Source: Eledone cirrhosa
Taxonomy: Eukaryota
Reading direction: 5' to 3'
NCBI GenBank assembly: GCA_964016885.1
Contig: OZ024741.1
Coordinates: 346,332,001 to 346,396,000 of the forward strand
Length of the DNA: 64,000 nucleotides
The position numbers were made by a program, and so were the translations under genes. The notes under the pieces were generated by a model. The model ran no database searches, was not told the DNA's origin, and saw only the letters and a program-made list of their open reading frames with translations. Positions 1 through 14,415 of the stretch are shown in pieces; positions within the stretch are counted from its first letter, which is position 1, and each line of letters opens with the position of its first letter.

Positions 1-102
1 GTGATACAACAAGCATATATTTTTATATCTGATATAAAGCACTCGACTAATATTTGGAGTAGATATACGATATTAATAAATGGAAACTATATTTATAAAA
101 CC

Positions 103-178
103 ATATTTATTTCATTATATATATTTCGAGGATACCAAGTTACATTATGGTATGCCTTCATCAGACAAAATACAATAT
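103..178 (-). ncRNA. type I hammerhead ribozyme, family A
   Basis: Minus strand: atattgtattttgt CTGATGA aggcataccataatgtaacttggtatcctc GAA ATATATAT A atgaaataaatat. Confidence 0.8.
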
Positions 179-1367
179 ATAACAGTTTTATAAATAGACA
201 TTGACGTACCCTTTTTAAAAATTGACCGTTGTTTTTGGAGGCCATACTAAATATATTAAACATATTATTTTAACTTAAAATATTCTATAATATTTTGGGA
301 TATTTTAGTATTTTGATATTTGTAGAATTCGTTTGCTTTTTAAGTTATATTGATATAATTATATTTCCAAAATATAATCCTTTTGAATTTTATATACTCA
401 ATTGTACTATGTCATATGTTGATTATATCTATATACGGCTAATGTATCTATATGTGTATGTTGACATACATATACATGTGTTATATGCTTTTTTATGATT
501 ATATGTCTGTCTGTATATATTCATGAGTGACGCGTGTATACCAATTGAAGATGCACACACATATCTATTCATGTATAGCTAAGAATTATGGATGTGAATG
601 TACAGGCTTACACATGCAGTTTTTGATTGCAGATATGCATAACTTAACAGCCATAAATGCATGAAAGTTAATCCTATATATTTATATATATATACTAAAA
701 ACTTTTAATTTTTAATTAATAACACAGGGAATGTATGGCAAAAAATCACTTATGCTTTGTATTATGTGTGGGAGTAGATATAATGTGTATTTTCTGAGTG
801 AGTGTGTATATATATATATTTATGTACCTTTGCCTATGTGTATGTAATATGCGATAGATAATCTCTCTAGCAATATATATATTTTATAATGTTTAAATTC
901 CAATTTTTAATATATTGATCTCAATTTTAAACTAAATATCTAATCATAATTAAACAATGTGTAATTTCTCATATTATATATCTATATTCCATTCATGAAT
1001 ATTAATATTTCTAATTTTATTTATGCTTTTCATCCCAATTGTTAACTCAACTTAATATGACATAACTTAAGGCTTTCGTTCTCTCACCCCTCTCTCTATC
1101 TCTATATGTCTCTCTCTGGATTTTTTTCTCTGTCTGATGGTTTGATATCTCCCCGTTATTTTCCTCTTTTCTCTTTTCTTTTTCTTTTCTTCTTTTTCTT
1201 TATCTATCTCTCCCTTTCTTTTCTCCACGTTTCTCTCTCTCCATCTTTTTACTTACTCTTAACACTATGACTTACTAAAGTAAACAAATCACTATCCTGA
1301 TGGCCTCCAAAAAACAACGGTCGATTTTTAAAAGGGGTACGTCAATGTCTATTTATAAAACTGTTAT

Positions 1368-1443
1368 ATATTCTATTTTGTCTGATGAAGGCATACCATA
1401 ATGTAACTTGGTATCCTTGAAATATATATAATGAAATAAATAT
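1368..1443 (+). ncRNA. type I hammerhead ribozyme, family A
   Basis: atattctattttgt CTGATGA aggcatacca..tggtatcctt GAA ATATATAT A atgaaataaatat; stem I pairs; palindromic stem III; AUA site. Confidence 0.82.
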
Positions 1444-1482
1444 GGTTTTATAAATATAGTTTCCATTTATTAAAATCGTATA

Positions 1483-1536
1483 TTTATATATATGTATATA
1501 TGTATATATATATATATTTATATATATGAATATATG

Positions 1537-1605
<69 letters not shown>

Positions 1606-1624
1606 GTATATATATGTATATATG

Positions 1625-1655
<31 letters not shown>

Positions 1656-1696
1656 GTATATATATAAATATATATGTATATATATATATATGTATA

Positions 1697-1745
<49 letters not shown>

Positions 1746-1760
1746 GTGTATATATATGTA

Positions 1761-1823
<63 letters not shown>

Positions 1824-1826
1824 GTA

Positions 1827-1905
<79 letters not shown>

Positions 1906-1984
1906 GTATATATATATGTATATATATATATATATGTATATATATATTTATGTATATATATGTATATGTATATATATATTTATG

Positions 1985-2017
<33 letters not shown>

Positions 2018-2090
2018 GCATATGTATATATATATATATGTATATATGTATATATATATGTATATATATATATGTATATATATATGTAGA

Positions 2091-2177
<87 letters not shown>

Positions 2178-2237
2178 ATATATATGTATATATATATGTA
2201 TATATATATATGTATATATATATATGTGTATATATAT
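1483..2237. repeat. imperfect (TA)n/(TATG) microsatellite
   Basis: Direct read. One of many such tracts (e.g. 8417-8845, 12520-13093, 27885-28267, 38654-39024, 42030-42330). Confidence 0.98.
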
Positions 2238-2361
2238 GGAAAGTTATATTTAAATTGTTGTGTTACAACTAGTAAATATTTATAACTGATATAAAAGCAC
2301 TCGACAAATATTTGGAGTATATTTACAATATTAAATAAATGGAAACTATATTTATAAAACC

Positions 2362-2438
2362 ATATTTATTTCATTATATATATTTCAGGGATAACATATT
2401 AACAATATGCTATGCCTTCCTCAGACAAAATACAATAT
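2362..2438 (-). ncRNA. type I hammerhead ribozyme, family A
   Basis: Minus strand: attgtattttgt CTGAGGA aggcatagcatattgttaatatgttatccct GAA ATATATAT A atgaaataaatat. Confidence 0.8.
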
Positions 2439-3884
2439 AAACAGTCTTTTAGATAAATAGATTCGACATACCGTAACAACATCTACTTGCATTTGAGAAG
2501 GTTGATTTGGTTGTGACAATATTGTACACAGAGAGAAAGAAAGAGAGAGAGAAAGAGAGAAAAAGAGAGAAAAAAAGAAAGAAAGACAGAAAACGAAGAA
2601 AAAGAAAAAAAAGAAAAAGAAGAAATGCATGGAACAAAATAGAGAGATGGAAAGATAGATAAAGAGAAGAACTTCATGTAAAGAAACAGAAAGAGATATA
2701 TATATATATATAGAGAGAGGAAATAGAGATAGATACATACATAGAAAGCTAGGTAGTGGGACGAACTGTTGAATAACGTATCAATGATACATTTATTTAT
2801 TTATTTATTTATTTAGATCTAGTATTAATGTAAGGGAGATATATGGAGGGAAAACCAGCTGTTATATAGGGAGAGAAAAAAAATATAGAGAGAGAAAAAA
2901 AAAAAAAAAGAGAGAGAGAAAATTCAAAAATATCCAGACACAGGCGAGGCGTACAAACCTCTGTTTTAATGTAGAGGTACTAGTATTTACAAAACAAAAC
3001 CAGCCTCTGCATTGTAAATATCAGTATTCCTGAATGAGATATGTATCCACAACGTGTGAAAATTAATGATCTTATGTTTAGTTTTTTAAAAAATTCATAT
3101 GTTTATGTGATAATTACAAACATCTATGTGAATGTACATGATCAATTCTGCAAACCCTAAGTTCACGGAAAGTATTCTCAATGCGGTATAAAAATTTAAG
3201 TATACATATATGTGTATATAGAGTCAATATTACTATTTCTGTCTCTACTCTACAAGATTATCTATCAAGCAAAGATAGAGCAGATTTCAATATACTAATA
3301 AAAATAAAAATAAAAATATATCGGAAACAAAACTAAACTAAAAATAACAATAATACTAATAAGTAATAATAAAATAGAAAACTAAGAAATATTACGAAAG
3401 AATATTACATATTAAAAATATTACATATTAAAAAATTTTAAAAAATTTACATATTAAAAATATTAAAAAATAAAAATTAGGAAATACTACAGTAATAAAA
3501 ATATAGGAAATACTACAGTAATAAAAATAAAATAAACCACAAAGATCAACCCTTCAAAATTAATTGACAATATATTGCCAAGTTCATTATAAACATCAGA
3601 GTCGAAAAACAGATAAAGCCAAAAATTATCTATCAAATCGCATCTAGCAAAGATCATTTCAAAAAGTATAGGATGCCCAATTTGGTCTACATGTGTTCTT
3701 ATATTTAATATAGAAGTTTATCTAGTGTAACTTTTATTCGAAGTATTTGGAGCATCAACTTTTAGGATAGCTTAATTTTTCATGAAGAATGTTTAAATAA
3801 ATAAAATAAAAATAAAAAGAGTAAAAAGAGAATCAAAGATTTATCGGCTAGTTTCCCATATAATTATAAATCAAACTAAATATA

Positions 3885-5955
3885 CTACATTTTAAATTTA
3901 AATTTATATTTAAACGTTGAGTTTAATCTATGTTTGCAACAACTGAATAAATTTGTCCGTAGATTAAGGGAATTTTTAGATTTTAGTATAAAGAATATCT
4001 CCTCTGCGCAGAGGTCACATGTCTCAGAGGATGAATTAAAAGGAATCCCTCTTGAGACTATATTCCAAGCCGTCGAATATCTAACGTTATCTAGCATAAG
4101 TTGCCATAGTACGCCTGATAGTGCCGTTGAAGATGTTTTACTTGGATCTGTGAAAGAATTCTTGTGGTTATTATAGCGAAGTTTAAATTCCGTCGATGTG
4201 GAACCGACGTAGTTAAAAGAATTAGAGTCAGTATTCACATTACAATTGTATACTATATTTTTAACTAAGCAGTTGTTATTTAACGGACATTTAGATCTAT
4301 CTCTACAGTTACATTTGTTAACTTGTATATTATTTATGCTGTTATCACTAGGTTTTAAGTTCCTATTATTTATTCTATTGATATTTTGTGCTAAATTTTT
4401 GGTGGATGAGTAGGTTAATTTAATTGTGTCTATTGAAAATTGAGTGATATCTATGTGGTCTAGGGAAGCGATTATCAAGAGCTTTAAAAAATAGTTTAGC
4501 GATGTGGGTTTTAATGTTTAGTGAGAAAGGGGGGGCAAACCAAATTATGTTCCTAGTTCTATTTCTTTTTTGGCCTTTGGAATTATTGTAATGCTTTCTA
4601 TTATAGTTGTTAAGGATGTTGCCGTAATTAAAAAAGTTGTTACTTTGTTTAGTTTGTCTATCATTATCTATGTACACAATCTTATCAGCATATCCTGCTC
4701 TAGCTAATGCTTCATTGTAGTATTGGGCTTTTTCGTCGAAAATCTTTCTATTCGACGAGATCCTAGAGATACGTTTTTGGACAGAGTTTACTATAGTGTT
4801 TTTGACAGATCTGGGGTGGTTAGAGTTAAAGTTTACATAGTTTAAGTTTTCATTCAACTTGTGAAAAGGATAGTGAAGACATGTGTTGAGATTTAATGTT
4901 ATATCTAGGAAATTGACTATTCTATGGTTGTTTTCAATTTCTATTTTAAGATTAAAGTAATTAAAAAATTGTGTAATTTGTTTACATTTTCTATTTAGTT
5001 CAGAGTTATTATTATCAATAATTAAAAGCATGTCGTCTCTATATAAACCTGCGGTAGTACCGGGTATTTTCCTATGTAGCGAATTGATTAAAAATAAACC
5101 TACAAGGTCAGTTACCTGGGCTGAGTCGGATGATCCCATAGTAATGTCAAAATTGCTATCTCTATCTGCTCTGGTCCATAGTTGGTCATTAAATTCTATC
5201 AAAGTTTTCCTAGCCGATAATATAATATGCATTTCATTGCTAGTTAGGTCAGTATGTTTGAATGCGTAATTTAGTGCCTTATTTAGTAGATTAGGGGTAA
5301 TAGAAGAATAATAGTTAGCTATATCAAGTTGAATAAACTAATTATTATTGTTATATTTAATTCACTAAACATTAAACCACTCAACGACTTCTCCAGTTCC
5401 CTTCCACAAGCTCAGGTTAGATAAACAATCCAAGTTCTTAATTTGCCGTATCACCCTGTCAAGAATGTTTTTGCTTAATTTGCCCAGGTCCGATTTTGAT
5501 GGTGCGATCAATCTAACTGGCAGGTCATTTTCAAAATTCCGCTTGTGATCTTTCATATTGATCTTCGGTTTCCTGGGCACGAAAGGTTGTGTTCTGTTCT
5601 CAATTTCCAACTCGTGCATTATACAAGATGCTTCAACATTCATTTTCCCAAGCTCGGCCTTATCTGCTACCTTGTACTTTTTCCTCAGCTGTTTCAGTAT
5701 GAGGCCATTATACATGTCTTTCTGCACTCCATAGAGGTTGTTGGTCTTGTCAGATTTCACCAAGATCTTCTCAGTTTTCTCTAAGCTCTCAATGTTATCC
5801 TTAATGCCTTTCAGATATTCCTGGCCTTTGAAGTTTCTCTTGAATTTGACCCCTTGTATGATAGAAATTATATCGTTTTCAAAGTCAGATAAAAGTTTGT
5901 TAGGGGGTGGATTTCTTTTAGATTTGAAAACTTTGTTTAAGTCCGAGACATTTTC

Positions 5956-5957
<2 letters not shown>
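3885..5957 (-). pseudogene. PLE RT plus GIY-YIG endonuclease ORF broken into three frames
   Basis: ORFs 5365-5763 (open upstream to 5957), 4420-5232 and 3885-4478 are consecutive pieces of one polyprotein. Confidence 0.88.
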
Positions 5958-6023
<66 letters not shown>

Positions 6024-6196
6024 AGATATAGATAGGTAAATATACACGGGTGTGTATGATTGTGTATAGAAGATTATATTAATAAGAGGAATTCCAACTT
6101 TGTCTGATTTACTCGTTTTATTTACAATCCTTTAAAATATATATAATGGTATTATAATGAAATTGTATGATAGAATATTAAATCCTAAGTGTTAAT

Positions 6197-6235
6197 TGAA
6201 CAAGTACTTTCATGCTTTCGCAATCTTCAGGTTCA
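6197..6235 (-). ncRNA. minimal type I hammerhead ribozyme, family B
   Basis: Minus strand: tgaac CTGAAGA ttgcgaaagcat GAA AGTACT T gttca; stem I tgaac/gttca; palindromic stem III. Confidence 0.85.
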
Positions 6236-6613
6236 TGATATGTGGTGACAGTCGAGTTTGCAATTTTCAACTGTAATGAGATGGGTAAATTTCCTACCTT
6301 TTATACATTTTATACAGAGAAAAGTGGCTCCAGAATGCAAAGCCCTGTAAACTGTATTTCGACCAATCAGTGTGTAGTTTCACTGAATTACTACAGCTGA
6401 TTGGTTTAAGCGTCACGGCTGGTTGAGCATGCTAACGACCAATAGTCATATCCAACGTATCAATTGTTTTGCTTTTTTGAAATGATGAAAATAGCATTTT
6501 CTATTAATCATCACCATCAACATCACTTTTATTATTATTATTATTGTTGTTGTTGTTGTTGTTGTTAGTGGTCGTGGTCATAGTGGTAGTAGAAGTAATA
6601 CCCCTAGGCGTTA

Positions 6614-8416
6614 TTATTGTTCATTTAGCTTGGGTTTGAATTTATCAATAAAATTCTTTTCTTTGATTTTTCTCTTGATTTCACTTGGGCTGTGTAATTT
6701 GTAGAATGGGAATATTATAAATATTCCCTGACCACATGTTGCCAGGTGGCCGCTTAGGGGTATCTGACGGACATTTGGGTCTCTGATTTGTTGACGGTGT
6801 ACCCGTGCACGTTCCGATAGTGCATTTCCAGTTTGACCGACATATAGTTCTTCACAATTCGGGCATTTAATGCAGTAAATTAGATTTCTGCTTTTGCAGT
6901 TCATATTTGCATTTGTGAATATTTTTCCAGTTTTTGTTTTCATATATTGACCGGCGTGTATGGATTGACATGTGCCGCATCGATTATCATTGCATTTAGA
7001 TACAATGAATGATTGGTCTTTGTTGTTAAGGTCAAACTTTGCTTTTGTTAGCAATTGCTTCAAATTTTTTGGCTGTCTTTTACTAAGAGTCAAAGATCGA
7101 TCTGTGATTAAGCCTTTTAATTCATTACTTTGAGCAATGATCGGTAGGTTTGCTTTGGCAGTGTTGAAGATATTCTGGTGACATGGGTTGTGTGTCATTA
7201 TAAATGGTATGACCAGTTCTTGGTTTCTTCTTCTTTGGGTTGTTCTAAGTTGTTGTATAGGTATTTTTATAGCCCGCTGTATGCCATTTTCTATAAGTAG
7301 AGATGGGTATTTTTGTTTGAGCAAAAATTCTCTTAGTTCTGTTAGGCGTTTGTACCTGGTATTCGTATCTTCTACAATGGTACAAATTCTTCTGGCTAGG
7401 CAGTATGGGATGTTGCGTTTTGTATGAGGTGGATGGCACGACTTAAAATTCAGATATTGATGGGTGTCTGTGTGTTTATAATATATATCCGTGGTAATGG
7501 TGGTGTCGTTTTTGATTATCATTATATCTAGGAATGGTAATTTGGTCCTACTCATCTCTTTTGTGAATTGGAGAGATGGGTGTAGGTTATTCAGGAGGAT
7601 ATTGAACTCATCCAGAGTATCTAGAGATTCTGTCCAGATGATGAAACAGTCGTCAAGGTATCTCTTCCAAGATTTTTCAATGTACTTTCTAAAGTCAGTA
7701 CTATATTTTTCCTCTATTTCTTGGTAGAGTTGTTGTTCTAAGTATCCCATTACAGAGTTCGCGTAAACGGGAGCAAACTTCGTTCCCATCGCTGTGCCTC
7801 TAATTTGGATGTAATTCTTTCCATTGAAGAAGAAAGTGTTGTTTTCCAGAATAAGTTTAACTGCGTCTAATATAAATGGCGCTGTGAATCTAATGGGAAT
7901 CACTTCTCTATGTTTTTCCACCCAGTATTTAACCGCCTTTATTCCTAAATCATGTGTAATGTTGGTGTAAAGGCTTACCACATCAAAACTGAGTAGAAGT
8001 GAATTCGTTTCCGTGGTTTTGGGAAGATGGGACAGGAAGTCGATATCATCCCGGATGAAACTGGGTATGTGAATACATAGTGGTTTCAAAATAATGTCAA
8101 CAAAATTGCTTAGACGGTGAGTGGGGCATGTTGGACCAGCTATAATAGGTCTAAGTTTTAAGTCTTTTGGGTGTAATAATTTAATGTACTCACTGTTTTG
8201 TTCTCTTACTGCCAGTTGTATTTCTTTTGACTTGTGAACTTTCGGTAGGCCATACAGGTTGCTGGGTTTCGGCTCAAAATTGGTGATGTAGTCTCTTTCC
8301 TTATCAGTAAATGAGTTGTGGTATTTTGAAGCCAGGTTGTTGATCTTCTTCATGATGTTGTGGTCTATATTTGACGGTATTTCATGATAGAATGTTGTGT
8401 CTTTCAGTTGTTCCTC
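6614..8416 (-). CDS. PLE reverse transcriptase plus GIY-YIG endonuclease (N-terminally truncated, about 600 aa, open)
   Basis: [41 protein letters not shown]-x4-C-x2-C linker, [20 protein letters not shown]. The upstream part of the 790-aa ORF is microsatellite. Confidence 0.92.
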   Translation of the reverse strand, partial: EEQLKDTTFYHEIPSNIDHNIMKKINNLASKYHNSFTDKERDYITNFEPKPSNLYGLPKVHKSKEIQLAVREQNSEYIKLLHPKDLKLRPIIAGPTCPTHRLSNFVDIILKPLCIHIPSFIRDDIDFLSHLPKTTETNSLLLSFDVVSLYTNITHDLGIKAVKYWVEKHREVIPIRFTAPFILDAVKLILENNTFFFNGKNYIQIRGTAMGTKFAPVYANSVMGYLEQQLYQEIEEKYSTDFRKYIEKSWKRYLDDCFIIWTESLDTLDEFNILLNNLHPSLQFTKEMSRTKLPFLDIMIIKNDTTITTDIYYKHTDTHQYLNFKSCHPPHTKRNIPYCLARRICTIVEDTNTRYKRLTELREFLLKQKYPSLLIENGIQRAIKIPIQQLRTTQRRRNQELVIPFIMTHNPCHQNIFNTAKANLPIIAQSNELKGLITDRSLTLSKRQPKNLKQLLTKAKFDLNNKDQSFIVSKCNDNRCGTCQSIHAGQYMKTKTGKIFTNANMNCKSRNLIYCIKCPNCEELYVGQTGNALSERARVHRQQIRDPNVRQIPLSGHLATCGQGIFIIFPFYKLHSPSEIKRKIKEKNFIDKFKPKLNEQ

Positions 8417-8652
8417 ATATATGTATATATATATGTATATAGATATATGTATATATATATGTATATATATATGCATATATATATATGTATATATATATGT
8501 ATATATATGTATATATATATGTATATATATATATGTACATATATATATATGTATATATATATGTATATATATATATATGTCTATATATATGTATATATAT
8601 GTATATATATGAATATATATGTATATATATGTATATATATGTATATATATGA

Positions 8653-8686
<34 letters not shown>

Positions 8687-8845
8687 GTATATATATATAT
8701 GTATATATATATGTATATATATATATATATGTATATATATATGTAGGTATATATGTATATATATATGTATATATATATATGTATATATATATGTATATAT
8801 ATATGTATATATATATATGTATATATATATATTTATATATGTATA

Positions 8846-9457
8846 TATAAGTATGTACACGTACATACATATATGAATACAGACGTACAGTAGTATGTAT
8901 ATATATACATACATGCACACATATATATGTACGTATGGATTCACCGAACATTTATTATAATGCTCGGTGTGTTTGTAAACAAACATCCCGTATTAAGCCC
9001 TAGTATCCAGCAAACGTTGCTCGTTTGTTCAACACTGAGAAAGGAACTCTGTACTAGTTTCAAGCTTATTAGCTATCGTCAGCAACGTATAACTTCCTGC
9101 CAGATTGTTGAACGTATATACTTACCTTATTCATATTAACGGCTGAGTAGCCCAATTTGCATATCGAGTGGGTTAATTGGCCGGGTTCACCGAAAACGAT
9201 AAACGGAAAAAATGAAACAATATTTCATTTCCCACTCTTAGTACGGCTGTTACTTAAATATAAGTATGTACACGTACATACATATATGTATACAGACGTG
9301 TACTTACTTATATTTAAGTAACAGCCGTACTAAGAGTGGGAAATGAAATTTTGATTCATTTTTTCCGTTTATCGTTTTTGGTGCACCCGGCCGATTAACG
9401 CAATCGATATGCAAATTGGGCTACTCAGCCGTTAATATGCATAAGGTAAGTATATAT
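8846..9457 (-). mobile_element. non-coding HHR-bearing palindromic/partly tandem element (retrozyme-like), copy 1
   Basis: About 413-nt period (8849/9262) then fold-back near 9297; homologous to 60627-61580. Confidence 0.75.
9046..9088 (-). ncRNA. minimal type I hammerhead ribozyme, family C
   Basis: Minus strand: acgttg CTGACGA tagctaataagctt GAA ACTAGT A cagagt. Confidence 0.8.
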
Positions 9458-9459
9458 GA

Positions 9460-10206
9460 TGTCTGCTAGGTTCGGTGTAGTAGACAAGGATATTTTTATA
9501 ATGTTCCTATAGAGAATTTTTCTATGCCTATGGTTCTAAGGCTTCGAAGAACATCCGAGGTATGTTGGAGGCCACACTTCGAGAGTAGGGGGGGGGGGGG
9601 GGACCATAGGACGTTACAGTGGCGATTACGTGTCCTTGTACGTTTGCTACGGGTGGTTCCATCTAGGTGACCACTCTTATGTGTGTTAATGCGCAGTCCG
9701 GTGCCCCTTTCACTTCATGCTCGTGTGCACTCTTCCATGTTTATGTACAGGAAGATGTTGGTTGGAAGGCTTTGGTAGTAGGCCGTCGCCTTTGTTGGTT
9801 TTGTAATAGGGGAATAGTTCGAGCAATCTACAGTGGTCACCGTCGCCGTGGTCGTGATATTTAGTGCGGTTATCTATTCTATTATATCCGACTTCAACGA
9901 GGTCGCCGCGTGATCGGTTATAGGTATGATTACTATAACGTTCGTTTTATGAGGGGGAGGTTCTAGAGCTAGCGTTACGGATGTAGGAAATTCCTCGGTT
10001 AAAGCCGGCGCTTATCAAGGCCCTATTGTATTAAACTGTCGCTTGAGATACTATAGACTATGGAGTTGAGAGTCTACTTAGGGTAGATGGAGGCATAATT
10101 AATATAAGAGAGGTACTCTTCAGGCTTATGGTATGCCTTGTATAAGCCCGTACTCAACTCCAGGGTCACGTCCAGGAAGTTGACAACCTTGTGGTTGAGG
10201 TCCATA
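9460..10206 (-). pseudogene. degenerate PLE fragment (Hydra-like RT thumb/linker)
   Basis: Minus-strand translation gives KVVNFLDVTLELSTGLYKAYHKP and RNVLW.PPPYSRSVASNIPRMFFEAL, homologous to the 4420-5232 protein; contains stops. Confidence 0.7.
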
Positions 10207-10207
10207 G

Positions 10208-10237
<30 letters not shown>

Positions 10238-10240
<3 letters not shown>

Positions 10241-10350
10241 TGGCTGAGTGGTTAGAGAATTGGATTCACAATCGTGAGGTCGTGAGTTCGATTCCCGAAC
10301 CGGGCGATCCGTTATGTCCTTGAGCAAGACACTTTATTTCACGTTGCTCC
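10238..10350 (+). mobile_element. tRNA-derived SINE fragment with CORE-like domain
   Basis: A box TGGCTGAGTGG, B box GTTCGATTC, followed by gtccttgagcaagacactt. Confidence 0.75.
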
Positions 10351-10466
10351 TTCTTCCTGGAGTCGTGACCGACAGATAGTATTAGCAATTGGAAAGACCA
10401 ATGTAAACATTGTTTCCTCGGTCCGATTTGACGATTGACGAAAGTTGATTGACTGTCGATATACGT

Positions 10467-10497
<31 letters not shown>

Positions 10498-10607
10498 GAA
10501 CGGAAGAAATGTGGTAAGGAACCAGAATTAGCCGTCGAAACGGCTTGAGCTCGGCCGTTGGGGTCCTACTCGTTCCTATATATATATATATGTATATATA
10601 TATATAA

Positions 10608-10820
<213 letters not shown>

Positions 10821-11554
10821 GAAATAGAAGGCAATAAAATGAAGAAAACAGAAAATAAATAATAAATAGAGAATAAATGAAAAATTAATGAAAAAGTAAT
10901 GAAAGACTACTGAAAAATGAATATGAAAAATGAAGATGAAAATTGAAAAATAAAAATGAAGATTCAAATAAAATTAGATAAAATGTGTGAGTGCTATAAC
11001 CAATCTCAAGGTCAGAAATATGTTGGATAGAGTGGAGGAGGAACAAGATGGTAAAACAATAAAACGAAATAGGATAATCAACTAAAATGTGTGTGTGTTA
11101 TAACCAATCTCAACTTAAATATAAAGATAAGGTGATAAAGTGAAGAAAACAGAAAACAAATAACAATGAATAATGAGAAATCAAAAATGAAAAATCAAAA
11201 ATCAAGTAAATTAAAATGTGTGTGTTATAAAAATGTTGGCCAAATTATAAAGGCTGTGTCAGAATCAATCTCTGGGCTATCATGCTGTCTGCTCAGCCTG
11301 GGTTGGTCCCTATGGATTGAGGGAAGTTCCCAACCTATGGTGTTGTTACTGCCCATATAGCTTGAGGGAGATCTGGCTGAGATGTGTCTACATGTTCTAG
11401 AGAAGTCCCTATAGCTTGAGGGGTGTTCACATCTTATTGTGTTGCTACTGTCCATATATCTTGAGGATGGTCCCGGCCCTGAGGTCTCTGCATGTCCCGA
11501 AGAAGTCGGTTCTGAGGCTTATCAGGCCGCTTCCCCCACTTAGTATCTCGAGGG

Positions 11555-11684
11555 TCTCGTTCAGACATGCTTACACCACCGGTCTTTAAAGCTCGTTGTT
11601 GTGGCTCCTATGTAGAGGTGTTCGGAGTTGGGGTTTTTAACCCTAAAACCGTATACTAGGTTCTTCTTAAGGCATTCATTACCA

Positions 11685-11685
<1 letters not shown>
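11555..11685 (-). pseudogene. PLE GIY-YIG fragment
   Basis: NGNECLKKNLVYGFRV..HLYIGATTTSFKDRW..H. Confidence 0.7.
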
Positions 11686-12120
<435 letters not shown>

Positions 12121-12598
12121 ATTCTCGCTGAATCTTTATTTCTCCAGTGTCTTACAATTAACTTGTTAATAATTTCTATTGACAGGTTAATTGTATAAGT
12201 TTATTTTAAAACCACTCGGTTGAGACCTTATTCGATTTGTGCTATTTATGCTATTTTTTGCATGATTTACACTTACTGAATTAATTTGCAAAAATCTGGG
12301 GTTATTCCACATGTGATTTTCACACGTGGTTTAACTTACCACCGTGTCATTCACTTATTTGGTGCAGAGCGAAATACCTGTTGATAACGTGATATTCCTT
12401 GTTCGATCATTATTTTATTTTACATTACTCCGGAGTAACCAAACCAACCTGCGTACTTGTCGAGTGCTTCAATCTGCATACTGAGGTGTTGGTATACAAC
12501 CAACATATACTCAAAATTTATATATATATGTATATATATATATATATAATATATATATATACATATGTATATATATATATGTATATATATATGTATAT

Positions 12599-12644
<46 letters not shown>

Positions 12645-12931
12645 GTATATATATATGTATATATATATGTATATATATGTATATATATATGTATACATAT
12701 ATGTATATATATATATGAATATATATATATATGTATATATATGTAAATATATATATGTATATATATATATGTATATATATATGTATATATATGTATGTAT
12801 ATATGTATATATATACATGTAAATATATATATATGTATATATATACATGTATAAATATATATGTATATATATACATGTATATATATATGTGTATATATAT
12901 GTGTATATATATATGTGTATATATATATATG

Positions 12932-12963
<32 letters not shown>

Positions 12964-14415
12964 TGTGTGTATATATATGTATATATATATGTATATATAT
13001 GCATATATATATATGTATATATATTTTTATATATATATGTATATAAATATATTCATATATATATATATATATATATGCATATATATATATATATTAATAT
13101 TTGATGAACATTTACATGTTTTAGTTGCAATTGACTAATAAAATCGCTAGAATGAATTATCTTAATTCAACAACATAAAGTTTGCCTGTACGATCTAAAA
13201 AATAATAAATCAATACTCACAGACTCATATGGGCAAAAAGCCTTGGTACCTAGACACGTTTAAAATTCAAAATACAAACTTTTTCCGCAGATCGGTCAGA
13301 ACTTCAAACTTCAAACATGTTTCACAAAGGATGGTATAATAGTGAAATAATTAATTAATTAGTAGTGAGTTAATCAAATTGTGATGTTGCTGTTCCACTC
13401 ATATTTTCTATTTAATTTTGGTTTTAATTCTTTTATGCTTACTGCCTCTGTAATTTGCCTAAACATTGCGTCTTTTCTGTGTGTGGATTCTATTTTTATT
13501 TCTATGTTCTCTAATCTACCCCTGTGTTCTATCTTAGCATGTTGGTAGAGCACAGATGATTCTTTATTATCTTGGAGGTCTCGCCAGTGTTCATTTATTC
13601 GTTCCCCTATACTACGAGCTGTCTCACCTATGTACACTATATTTTTGTTTCTACATTGTCCTTCTGTACATCTTATGCTATACACTACATTTCTAGTTTT
13701 ACAGTTAATATGTGGGCTTATTTTACAGGTTATACATTTCTTATCTATACATGAGGGTCTTTGGAACGGGTATGTTTTGCTAATAAGTGTTTTTACGGAG
13801 GTACCTGGTCTTTCTACTATCTTAATATTGAGATTATGTTTATTTAGGGCCCTTCTAAATTTGTAGGCTAGTTCGCCTCTAGGGGTTTGTTCATCAATGT
13901 TCATCAATACAACCCCTAGAGGCGAACTAGCCTACACATTTAGAAGGGCCCTAAATAAACATTATCTCAATATTAAGATAGTAGAAAGACCAGGTACCTC
14001 CGTAAAAAACTTATTAGCAAGACATACCCGTTCCAAAGACCCTCATGTATAGATAAGAAATGTATAACCTGTAAAATAAGCCCACATATTAACTGTAAAA
14101 CTAGAAATGTAGTGTATAGCATAAGATGTACAGAAGGACAATGTAGAAACAAAAATATAGTGTACATAGGTGAGACAGCTCGTAGTATAGGGGAACGAAT
14201 AAATGAACACTGGCGAGACCTCCAAGATAATAAAGAATCATCTGTGCTCTACCAACATGCTAAGATAGAACACGGGGGTAGATTAGAGAACATAGAAATA
14301 AAAATAGAATCCACACACAGAAAAGACGCAATGTTTAGGCAAATTACAGAGGCAGTAAGCATAAAAGAATTAAAACCAAAATTAAATAGAAAATATGAGT
14401 GGAACAGCAACATCA

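Larger units (their letters stand above)
1..1482 (+). mobile_element. 5'-truncated PLE end (AT-rich 3'UTR plus pLTR) with inverted pLTR copy at its 5' side
   Basis: 64-245 is the reverse complement of 1300-1482. Both arms carry the family-A HHR, and the pLTR matches that of the PLEs at 2238-5957 and 29249-31780. Ends in (TA)n. Confidence 0.8.
2238..5957 (-). mobile_element. Penelope-like element (tentatively Hydra clade), 5'-truncated and frameshifted
   Basis: RT motifs KDHK..VRLIAPSKS, FDITMGSSDSAQVTDLVGL, GLYRDD, VNFLDITLNL; GIY-YIG with CNC..CPL..C, IVY..YVG, CDLC, CCKH; long AT-rich 3'UTR; HHR-bearing pLTR; both ends in (TA)n. Confidence 0.9.
6030..8416 (-). mobile_element. Penelope-like element (Neptune-like), 5'-truncated
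   Basis: Uninterrupted RT-GIY-YIG frame, 3'UTR and HHR-bearing end, flanked by (TA)n. Confidence 0.92.

Noticed and set aside
1492-2285. Long YIYI/MYIC ORFs here and at 8.4, 10.6, 12.5, 16, 28, 38.6, 42 and 47 kb
   Set aside because: Translations of (TA)n/(TATG)n microsatellites, which lack stop codons
8417-8986. N-terminal 190 aa of the 790-aa ORF as a novel fusion
   Set aside because: Chance read-through from the non-coding element across microsatellite into a truncated PLE
10238-10310. tRNA gene
   Set aside because: Continues into a SINE core domain, so it is a SINE head
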